A stretch of DNA of 64,000 bases from positions 704,317-768,316 of the forward strand of contig CP064968.1 of NCBI GenBank assembly GCA_016699245.1. The letters run 5' to 3'. Of this stretch, positions 56,976 through 64,000 are shown piece by piece (position 1 is the first letter of the stretch; every line of letters starts with the position of its first letter). This DNA comes from Candidatus Kaiserbacteria bacterium (GTDB lineage Bacteria > Patescibacteriota > Minisyncoccia > Phycocordibacterales > UBA918). The notes under the pieces are model-generated. The model did no database searches and was not told where the DNA came from. It worked only from the letters and a program-made list of their open reading frames with translations. The position numbers and the translations under genes are program-made.

Positions 56976-57500
56976 ATGAATCTACTTCATGATATTGCCC
57001 CAGGAACCGCGGATGTAATGAACGTCATTATCGAAATCCCAAAGTTCTCAAAGAATAAATACGAAATTGATAAGGAAACGGGCATTATCGCGCTCGATCG
57101 TGTCATGCACACCGCACAGGATTATCCGTTCGATTATGGTTTCGTACCACAAACTCTCTTTGATGATGGTGACGCACTCGATGTAGTGCTCCTTACCACC
57201 CACCCACTTATGCCTGGTATTCTCGTAAAGGCACGTCCCGTCGCAATTATGGAAATGATTGATGGTGGCGATCGCGACGACAAAATTGTCGCAGTACCCG
57301 TTGATGATCCACGTTTTGCTGAGGTACAAGACATAACTGACCTCAACAAACACTTCATCAAAGAAATGACTCATTTCTTTGAAACATACAAAAAAATTCA
57401 AAACAAAGAAGTATCGGTAGGAGAATGGCATGGAAAGGACGTTGCCCGTGAAGCATTTACCAAAAGTGTAGAAATGTACAAGGCAGATAAAACAGCGTAA
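56976..57500 (+). CDS. ppa: Inorganic pyrophosphatase
   Basis: Family I PPase motifs (DYPFDYGFV, DGDALDVVLL). Confidence 0.9.
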   Translation: MNLLHDIAPGTADVMNVIIEIPKFSKNKYEIDKETGIIALDRVMHTAQDYPFDYGFVPQTLFDDGDALDVVLLTTHPLMPGILVKARPVAIMEMIDGGDRDDKIVAVPVDDPRFAEVQDITDLNKHFIKEMTHFFETYKKIQNKEVSVGEWHGKDVAREAFTKSVEMYKADKTA

Positions 57501-57516
57501 TACCCACTCTCTGTAT

Positions 57517-57550
57517 AAAAAAACCGCGACCTTTGTTCGCGGTTGTTTTA
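57517..57550 (+). terminator. Intrinsic terminator after ppa
   Basis: aaaaaaaccgcgacctttgttcgcggttgtttta. Confidence 0.7.
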
Positions 57551-57618
57551 TACTATGTACATCAACGTGAACAGACTCACATTGTTTGTTACCATCATAA
57601 TCCTGTTAGAATAGTGCT

Positions 57619-58233
57619 ATGAAAAAAATTAATGCACTCGATCTCACCCTTCTCGCTGTACTCGGTTTTGGTTGTGTGACCTGTGTGGGCATTACACACG
57701 CGATAGCAGATGAAGAAGTCCCAGAAGCGATGCCTGCAGTCGAACGTGTAAGCGACCGAGCAGAAGAACGCGCAGAGATACGTGAAGAGCGTCATGGAGT
57801 GCTTGAGAGTCGTGCACAAGACCGCATCATTAACCTTGCGAGCAATGTCACGACACGACTTACCGCAGCACTCGACAGAATGAGTAATATCGCAACTCGC
57901 CTTGAGACTCGTATTAATAAATTAACAACTCTTGGTGTCGACACAGGAACAGCGCAATCCCGACTTCAAGAGGCGCGACGTGCTATCGAAGCCGGTAATA
58001 CAAAACTAAAAAATACCCCCTCAGTAAGTAGTGCAATTCGGGGTGATTCTCCGCGAGAATCTTTTAGAGCTATTCGCGTTGAGCTTGTTGCGGTGCGAGA
58101 CTTGGTGCGTGAGAGCCATATACTTCTTATTGATACAGTGACAATACTTAAAGAGGCAATACGCACTCATGAGTCAGGAAATGAAGTGCGTGATGCAGTA
58201 ACCGCAAGCACTTCTCAAGAAACCGCGGAATAG
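57619..58233 (+). CDS. Secreted coiled-coil protein
   Basis: Signal peptide MKKINALDLTLLAVLGFGCVTCVG, Glu/Arg-rich helices. Confidence 0.5.
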   Translation: MKKINALDLTLLAVLGFGCVTCVGITHAIADEEVPEAMPAVERVSDRAEERAEIREERHGVLESRAQDRIINLASNVTTRLTAALDRMSNIATRLETRINKLTTLGVDTGTAQSRLQEARRAIEAGNTKLKNTPSVSSAIRGDSPRESFRAIRVELVAVRDLVRESHILLIDTVTILKEAIRTHESGNEVRDAVTASTSQETAE

Positions 58234-58254
58234 TTATAGACTAATTTTTATTTT

Positions 58255-58620
58255 ATGACCGATACAAACGAAATGCGAGCGACTGAAAATATTAATGTAT
58301 CTCACCACAAACATCTTGGCCCCATACTTGGAGCACTTATTCTTACTCTTATTCTTATTTTAGGAGGATTATCTCTCTGGGGAAGCAAACTCAATCAAGA
58401 GGCCGTAATCGAGATCGATATCCCTGTTAATAATGAACCTGAAACCCCGCGTGCTGCCGCCGACCAAGCAATTTTGGAGACCGTAAGTACTTCAGATGAA
58501 CTCAGTGCTATTGAGGCAGATTTAGGAAGTAGCAATCTCGAAGCACTCGATACCGACCTTACCACTATCGATGCAGAACTAAATGCGTCGTTAGAAATAC
58601 CTGTAGTTGAGCGGTTTTAA
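58255..58620 (+). CDS. Hypothetical membrane-anchored protein
   Basis: TM LGPILGALILTLILILGGLSLW. 121 aa. Confidence 0.45.
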   Translation: MTDTNEMRATENINVSHHKHLGPILGALILTLILILGGLSLWGSKLNQEAVIEIDIPVNNEPETPRAAADQAILETVSTSDELSAIEADLGSSNLEALDTDLTTIDAELNASLEIPVVERF

Positions 58621-58718
58621 AAGGAACAAAAAAATCCCTAGGTGTGCTTCGCACATCTGGGGATTTTTTCTGTTCGTTGGGGTGGTATTCTCACTATTTT
58701 CGTGTACACTATTCCGTT

Positions 58719-59801
58719 ATGAAAGATGCAATACATGTAGACGTCACTATCGAAAAGAAGCCTGGGTCGCTCGTCGTACTAACCGGCGAAATCCCCTTTG
58801 AGGCACTCGAGAAACACAGAAAAAATTCTGTGGAAGCAGTGGGGAAAGAGATTTCTCTTGATGGTTTTAGAAAAGGGCATGTGCCTGAGCAGGTACTTTT
58901 ACGCCATGTGGGTGAGATGGCAATCCTCACTGAAATGGCAGAACGCGCACTCCGCGAACAGTACCCGCTCATGGTTGTTGAACACACACTAGATGTCATT
59001 GGTTACCCACAAATCGGTATTACCAAACTCGCAAAAGATAATCCGCTCGGATTCTCTATCACTGTCGCCGTCGTACCTCAGATTACGCTTCCTGACTACT
59101 TTGGTATTGCGCGTGAATTGAATGCAAAAAAAGAGTCAAAAGAAGTAACTGAGGAAGAAGTAACTAAGCAAATCAGCGATATTCTTCGTCAAAAAATTGC
59201 ATACGAAAAACTTCAGGCCAAGGCGCAACCGCAGGAAGATGGGGCTCTGGTAACTGAGGAAAAAGAGATTACTATTCCCGAGCTCACCGATGAGTATGTG
59301 AAGACCCTTGGAAAAGAAGGGCAATTTACCTCAGTTGAGGACTTCCGTACAAAGATTAAGGAACATCTCACGGTACAGAAAGCGCAGGATGTCGATTCTC
59401 GCCATCGCGCACAGATTACCGACAGTATCATCGAAAAAACTATTCTTGATTTACCGCAAGTAATGGTAGATGCGGAGATTGGCCAAATGTTTGCACAGAT
59501 GGAAGACGACCTCACGCGCGCACAACTCAAAATGGATGATTACCTTGCACATGTGAAAAAAACCAAGGAAGATATGGTAAAAGAATGGACCCCGAATGCA
59601 GAAAAGCGTGCCAAACTCCAACTTGTTCTCAATGAAATTGCAAAGAAAGAAGATATTTCTCCCGATGCTGGCACACTCGATCACGAGGTATCGCATCTCA
59701 TGGAGCGATACAAAGACGCAGACGAGAAGCGCGTACGTGTATACATAGCATCGGTACTTACCAATGAAGCAGTTATGAAGAAACTCGAAGAAATGGCGTA
59801 A
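58719..59801 (+). CDS. tig: Trigger factor (short form lacking a recognisable PPIase domain)
   Basis: ATG at 58719 (MKDAIHVDVTIEKK...). LDGFRKGHVPEQ ribosome-binding signature. tig-clpP linkage. Confidence 0.75.
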   Translation: MKDAIHVDVTIEKKPGSLVVLTGEIPFEALEKHRKNSVEAVGKEISLDGFRKGHVPEQVLLRHVGEMAILTEMAERALREQYPLMVVEHTLDVIGYPQIGITKLAKDNPLGFSITVAVVPQITLPDYFGIARELNAKKESKEVTEEEVTKQISDILRQKIAYEKLQAKAQPQEDGALVTEEKEITIPELTDEYVKTLGKEGQFTSVEDFRTKIKEHLTVQKAQDVDSRHRAQITDSIIEKTILDLPQVMVDAEIGQMFAQMEDDLTRAQLKMDDYLAHVKKTKEDMVKEWTPNAEKRAKLQLVLNEIAKKEDISPDAGTLDHEVSHLMERYKDADEKRVRVYIASVLTNEAVMKKLEEMA

Positions 59802-59822
59802 CAGATCATCTCACAAAGTATC

Positions 59823-59865
59823 GTGAAACGGCCCTGAAGCACGTAGCGTTTCAGGGCCGTTTCAC
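59823..59865 (+). terminator. Intrinsic terminator after tig (16-bp perfect stem)
   Basis: gtgaaacggccctgaagcacgtagcgtttcagggccgtttcac. Confidence 0.7.
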
Positions 59866-59886
59866 TTTCCGATTCGTCACACTTCA

Positions 59887-59914
59887 TTGACTTTCTACAA
59901 AAGTAATGTACTAT
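59887..59914 (+). promoter_or_regulatory. Candidate promoter TTGACT-16-TACTAT
   Basis: Read directly. 54 nt upstream of the ATG at 59968, which has an AAGGAGG SD. Confidence 0.4.
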
Positions 59915-59967
59915 TCTTTGTAGCAATTTTCTGTACGTCAACGCAGTACATTCCGAAGGAGGAAGCC

Positions 59968-60324
59968 ATGAGTCTGATAGAAACCATTAACGCAAGTTCA
60001 ATGGAACTCGAAGAAATTGAACAGCAAATGCGAGGTCTCGCTGAGAAAAAAGCGAACATACTTCACATGCTTCGAAGTGCCTCGACATACATTGGGGAAA
60101 TCTTGGAATCGGGGAAAGTGAAGCCTGCCGCAATTCCAATTTCAAGTGTTGCCGGTCTTGATGATCTTTCACGCAAACATCTCAAGGATGCAGGTATCGA
60201 ATTCCTCGAAGACATGGGAAAAATGACTGAACTGGAAGTCCAAAAAATCCCCGGGCTCGGAGCCCCCGCATTTGAGATCATTCGTTCAGTAATGCCCACT
60301 CACAACCTCAATTTTGCAACCTAG
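59968..60324 (+). CDS. Small protein with RpoA alpha-CTD-like helix-hairpin-helix domain
   Basis: LDDLSRKHLKDAGIEFLEDMGKMTELEVQKIPGLGAPAFEII parallels the alphaCTD pattern L.LS.R..N.LK.AGI....L...TE.ELL...N.G.KS..EI. Confidence 0.5.
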   Translation: MSLIETINASSMELEEIEQQMRGLAEKKANILHMLRSASTYIGEILESGKVKPAAIPISSVAGLDDLSRKHLKDAGIEFLEDMGKMTELEVQKIPGLGAPAFEIIRSVMPTHNLNFAT

Positions 60325-60334
60325 ATTGCTCTAG

Positions 60335-60383
60335 TCCCCGCAGTTCCTTAAGACTATGTCTTAAGGAAATGCGGGGCATTTTT
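60335..60383 (+). terminator. Intrinsic terminator (long hairpin)
   Basis: tccccgcagttccttaagactatgtcttaaggaaatgcggggcattttt. Confidence 0.65.
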
Positions 60384-60431
60384 AATACACCCCTAGAAAC
60401 TACTCACACAATTTGCTAGTATCAAACGTAT

Positions 60432-61031
60432 ATGGAAAAAGAATCAACAATCAATAGTTACCTCGTTCCCATGGTTATCGAGAAAACACAAGGCGGTGAG
60501 CGCGCTTTCGACATATTTTCTCGACTCCTCAAAGAACGCATCATTTTTATCACTGGTCCTATCGAAGACCACATGGCAAATCTTGTCGTTGCTCAACTCC
60601 TCTTTCTTGAGGCAGAAGACCCAAAGAAAGACATATTTATGTATGTTAATAGTCCTGGCGGTTCGGTGAGTGCTGGCCTTGGTATTGTGGACACCATGAA
60701 TCATATTAAGCCCGATGTCGCGACTGTCTGCGTTGGACTCGCCGCTTCAATGGGTTCTATTATTCTTTCACAGGGCGCTAAGGGAAAGCGAAGTATTCTT
60801 CCAAATGCCGAGGTGATGATTCACCAACCATGGGGCGGTACACAGGGGCAGGCAACCGACATCGAAATCACCGCACGTCACATCCTCCGCACCCGCGAGC
60901 AACTCAACAAAATGCTTGCAAAAGCATCCGGCAAGACACTCGCACAAGTAGAAAAAGACACCGACCGCGACTTCTTCATGACCGCCGACGAAGCGAAACG
61001 TTACGGCCTTGTAGATACAGTGCTTAAGTAA
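60432..61031 (+). CDS. clpP: ATP-dependent Clp protease proteolytic subunit
   Basis: ClpP family with Ser-His-Asp context ([13 protein letters not shown]). Confidence 0.9.
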   Translation: MEKESTINSYLVPMVIEKTQGGERAFDIFSRLLKERIIFITGPIEDHMANLVVAQLLFLEAEDPKKDIFMYVNSPGGSVSAGLGIVDTMNHIKPDVATVCVGLAASMGSIILSQGAKGKRSILPNAEVMIHQPWGGTQGQATDIEITARHILRTREQLNKMLAKASGKTLAQVEKDTDRDFFMTADEAKRYGLVDTVLK

Positions 61032-61039
61032 CTTAAATC

Positions 61040-61076
61040 AAAAATCCCTCGGCGCCAATGGCGTCGAGGGATTTTT
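61040..61076 (+). terminator. Intrinsic terminator after clpP
   Basis: aaaaatccctcggcgccaatggcgtcgagggattttt. Confidence 0.7.
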
Positions 61077-61196
61077 ATTATAATTCGACACCCACCAATT
61101 CTTCTGGTACTGTGATGAAGTCGATTTATTGAAAGGAGTAATCCGCGATCGATAGCGTTCCCATATATTCAGTTTCGCAATCGACCGCACAAACGT

Positions 61197-62720
61197 ATGC
61201 CAGAATCATTTGTATTCGCGCTTGGCGCAGGAGTACTCGGCATCGCTATTGGATATTATCTCAGATACGTACATGCTCTCACACAGAAGGAATCTATTGA
61301 AATTTCCCTTAAAGGACGTGTTGTAGACGCAGAAGAAAAAGCAATAAAGATAATTGAAAAAGCTGAAGCGAAAGCCGAGACTTTAGAGAAGGAGAAAAAA
61401 CAAGAGTTCAAAGAACAAGAAGAAAAACTGAACAAGACCGAAGAGCGCCTTATTCGTAAAGAAGAGTTGCTCGACAAAAGACAAATTGATGCAGACTCGC
61501 AAATTGAGGATGTACGTCAAAAAATTGAACAAATCAAAGACATCAAGACCCGTCTTGATGAACGCGAAAAAACAATCAGTACCAAACTCGAAGAAGTTGC
61601 AGGTCTTACCAAGGCTGCTGCCTACGAGCAACTTACCGGTACCTTAGAAAAAGAATACGAGGACGATTTGGTCTCTCGTATTAATAAACTCCACATGCGT
61701 GGAGAAGAGCAGTTTGATGAGCAGGCACGAAATATTATCACCTCAGCGATTCACCGTATTGGTAATTCGCTCCGTGTTGATATTATGAGTTCCACGATTG
61801 AACTGCCAAACGATGACATCAAGGGAAAGATTATAGGAAAGGAAGGTCGTAATGTACGTGCATTCGAACGAGCGACGGGAGTGGATGTACTCATCGATGA
61901 AACCCCTGGTCACATCACCCTTTCCTCATTTGACCCTGTACGTCGTGAGATTGCGCGCGTTGCTCTCGAAACTCTCCTCACGGATGGCCGTATCCAGCCT
62001 GCAAAAATTGAAGAAGTAGTGGAAAAAGCACGGAGCGAGGTAGGTACCATCGTTCGCAAAATGGGAGAAAAAGCTGCGTATGAAGCAGGAGTCACCAATC
62101 TCCATCCTGATCTCGTCAAGATTTTGGGACGTCTCCACTTCCGCACGAGTTATGGCCAGAACGTCCTTTGGCACTCAGTAGAAATGGCGCACATCGCTGC
62201 CATTATCGCAGAGGAAGTAGGTGCTGATGTGTACGTCGCACGTGCCGGTGCACTGCTTCACGATATCGGAAAAACGGTAAGCCAAGAAGTACAGGGTACC
62301 CACGTCGAAATTGGTATTCGTATTCTGCAGAAATACGGTGTTGATGAAAAAGTTATCATCGCTATGCGCGCACACCATGAGGAGTATCCATACGACACAC
62401 CTGAATCAATCATTGTCCAAGTGGCTGATGCAATCTCAGGTGGCAGGCCAGGCGCTCGCCGCGACTCTATAGAGAATTACATCAAGCGGCTTGCGGAACT
62501 TGAAGAAATTGCAATGAAAATGCCTGGTGTTGAAAAAGCATTTGCAATTCAGGCAGGTCGTGAAGTGCGTGTTATTGTGAATCCAGAAAAAATTACGGAC
62601 ATTGAAGCACACAATCTCGCTCGCAGTATCGCAACCGACATTGAAGAAAAGTTGCGCTACCCTGGAGAGATTAAAGTGCACGTCATACGTGAATCTCGCT
62701 CTGTCGAGTACGCAAGGTAG
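61197..62720 (+). CDS. rny: Ribonuclease Y
   Basis: N-terminal TM, coiled coil, KH domain, HD domain (LHDIGK). Confidence 0.9.
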   Translation: MPESFVFALGAGVLGIAIGYYLRYVHALTQKESIEISLKGRVVDAEEKAIKIIEKAEAKAETLEKEKKQEFKEQEEKLNKTEERLIRKEELLDKRQIDADSQIEDVRQKIEQIKDIKTRLDEREKTISTKLEEVAGLTKAAAYEQLTGTLEKEYEDDLVSRINKLHMRGEEQFDEQARNIITSAIHRIGNSLRVDIMSSTIELPNDDIKGKIIGKEGRNVRAFERATGVDVLIDETPGHITLSSFDPVRREIARVALETLLTDGRIQPAKIEEVVEKARSEVGTIVRKMGEKAAYEAGVTNLHPDLVKILGRLHFRTSYGQNVLWHSVEMAHIAAIIAEEVGADVYVARAGALLHDIGKTVSQEVQGTHVEIGIRILQKYGVDEKVIIAMRAHHEEYPYDTPESIIVQVADAISGGRPGARRDSIENYIKRLAELEEIAMKMPGVEKAFAIQAGREVRVIVNPEKITDIEAHNLARSIATDIEEKLRYPGEIKVHVIRESRSVEYAR

Positions 62721-62729
62721 TACGCTTAT

Positions 62730-62770
62730 AAAAGTCCCCGCACTGACAAAAGTCATTGCGGGGACTTTTA
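62730..62770 (+). terminator. Intrinsic terminator after rny
   Basis: aaagtccccgcactgacaaaagtcattgcggggactttta. Confidence 0.7.
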
Positions 62771-62807
62771 ATTAACCACAACACACAAAATTGTCACACG
62801 GAAGTGA

Positions 62808-62835
62808 TTGCACATATAACACGGTGCTATATAAT
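62808..62835 (+). promoter_or_regulatory. Candidate promoter TTGCAC-16-TATAAT for hup
   Basis: Consensus -10 read directly. Confidence 0.5.
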
Positions 62836-62911
62836 TGTTTGTAGCCATATTTTGGCATCACGTCCAATGCACATTATTATTCACGCCTATTAGTACACTA
62901 TTTCATACACT

Positions 62912-63184
62912 ATGAATAAGGCAGATATCATTGACAAGGTACACGAGGTCGTTGGTGGCACTCGTGCAGACGCAGAGCGAGCAGTGGAGACACTCATCGA
63001 CTCTGTTTCAGAATCCTTGAAGAAGGGTAAGGAAGTATCAATCGCAGGTCTCGGAATCTTCGCAACGAAGACTCGAAACGCTCGCACAGGACGTAACCCA
63101 CGCACCGGCGAAAGTATTGATATTCCTGCAATGCGCGTACCAAAGTTCCGCGCTGCAAAGGCACTTAAGGATGCAGTTAAGTAG
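62912..63184 (+). CDS. hup: DNA-binding protein HU
   Basis: MNKADIIDKV...GLGIF...RNPRTGE... HU/IHF fold. Confidence 0.9.
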   Translation: MNKADIIDKVHEVVGGTRADAERAVETLIDSVSESLKKGKEVSIAGLGIFATKTRNARTGRNPRTGESIDIPAMRVPKFRAAKALKDAVK

Positions 63185-63196
63185 TCTAACTCCTTT

Positions 63197-63232
63197 TAAA
63201 ATCCCTGAGACGCTTCGCGTCTCAGGGATTTT
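63197..63232 (+). terminator. Intrinsic terminator after hup
   Basis: aaaatccctgagacgcttcgcgtctcagggatttt. Confidence 0.7.
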
Positions 63233-63423
63233 AATTACCTCTCCCCTACTCACCCCTTATGCACACTAGGCAACATGCATAGAGGTGATATACTATATAT
63301 GTAGCGGAGGTATTAACTTGGTTTCATGTACACCAAGCAACGCTATACAAAGAGAAATAGAATGTTTAGTTCTATGTCTCACCACAACAAAAGCCCCACG
63401 CGAGGGGCTTTTGTGTTTCTGGC

Positions 63424-63735
63424 CTACACCATTTCTTTTTTGGCAACGGTAGATATTTTTTCAATAAGACGACTTATATCTACTCCTGTCTTCGTGAGAA
63501 AGTAATAATGCTGGCGCGAGTCCAAAGTACACTGTCTACGCGATATAAAATGCGCCCCTTCCAATTCGCGGAGACGCATCGAGAGTGATGCAGTATTAAT
63601 ACGGAGCAATTCTTGAAGTTCCACAAAACGCTTCTCACCTCCTGTAAGCGTATAGAGGATAAGGAGCATATGACGCTTACTGAGAAGTTCAAACAACTGT
63701 GTTGCAGGACAAACATTTACGTTTTCTTCTTTCAT
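63424..63735 (-). CDS. HxlR-family winged-helix transcriptional regulator
   Basis: ATG at 63735 (MKEENVNVCPATQLFELLSKRHMLLILYTL.GGEKRFVEL...). The longer ORF N-terminus is unnatural. Confidence 0.7.
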   Translation of the reverse strand: MKEENVNVCPATQLFELLSKRHMLLILYTLTGGEKRFVELQELLRINTASLSMRLRELEGAHFISRRQCTLDSRQHYYFLTKTGVDISRLIEKISTVAKKEMV

Positions 63736-63827
63736 GAGCGTATAGTAGCACAGACATATCACTTTACAAATTAAAGTGATTTGGTACACTATTAATACGT
63801 GTTTAGTACACACTCATAATAATTTAT

Positions 63828-64000
63828 ATGAAACATATTTATATTTCTGAAGATGCAGCGAAACTCATTCTCCGACTCTCTCTTGGTATCCTCATACTCT
63901 TTCATGGTATCGCTAAGTTGCAAAACCCTGAATCAATTGATTTTATCCAAGGACTACTTGCAGCAAAACACCTTCCTGGGTTTATTGCATATGGTATTTA
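63828..64000 (+). CDS. DoxX-family membrane protein (5' partial, runs off the window)
   Basis: MKHIYISEDAAKLILRLSLGILILFHGIAKL... A divergent HxlR-DoxX arrangement is common. Confidence 0.5.
   Translation, partial: MKHIYISEDAAKLILRLSLGILILFHGIAKLQNPESIDFIQGLLAAKHLPGFIAYGI

Overview
This window is a gene-dense bacterial segment dominated by the conserved str/S10/spc ribosomal superoperon on the minus strand. In order it reads rpsL-rpsG ... fusA ... tuf-rpsJ ... rplC-rplD-rplW-rplB ... rpsS-rplV-rpsC-rplP-rpmC-rpsQ-rplN-rplX-rplE ... rpsZ-rpsH-rplF-rplR-rpsE-rplO-secY ... adk-map-ndk. No L30 (rpmD) is present between rpsE and rplO. Several r-proteins carry low-complexity extensions, and long untranslated gaps plus intrinsic-terminator hairpins break the operon into blocks. 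This pattern is reminiscent of reduced-genome (possibly CPR/Patescibacteria-like) bacteria, but that is inference only. The superoperon is interrupted by accessory insertions. A canonical mazEF toxin-antitoxin pair sits between rpsJ and rplC. A 4.5-kb island of secreted proteins, a methyltransferase and a GH15-like hydrolase sits between rpsG and fusA. A 3.3-kb island sits between fusA and tuf and includes a degraded inositol-monophosphatase-family pseudogene. A 3.3-kb block between secY and adk carries two tandem cytidylate-kinase-like paralogs and a frameshifted surface repeat protein. The other half of the window encodes a DNA-uptake / type IV pilus module: pilB, pilC, three pilin-like genes, a split ComEC and recJ. 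It also encodes pgk-tpiA, a divergent purC-like gene, an Fe/Mn-SOD-like gene, rnhA, HIT and Nudix proteins, nusA, ppa, tig, clpP, rny, hup and an HxlR regulator. The most striking sequence-level observations are three. First, a 54-nt direct duplication of the pgk 3' end flanks a 1.6-kb two-gene cassette (secreted Gly-rich protein plus small membrane protein), and that cassette has a paralog at the window start. Second, a family of about 55-nt structured elements appears twice in tandem between the kinase paralogs and once upstream of rplC; its flanks are conserved and its internal stems differ in sequence but pair in every copy. Third, mazEF sits inside the S10 operon with a palindromic operator. 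No rRNA, tRNA or CRISPR array was recognised.
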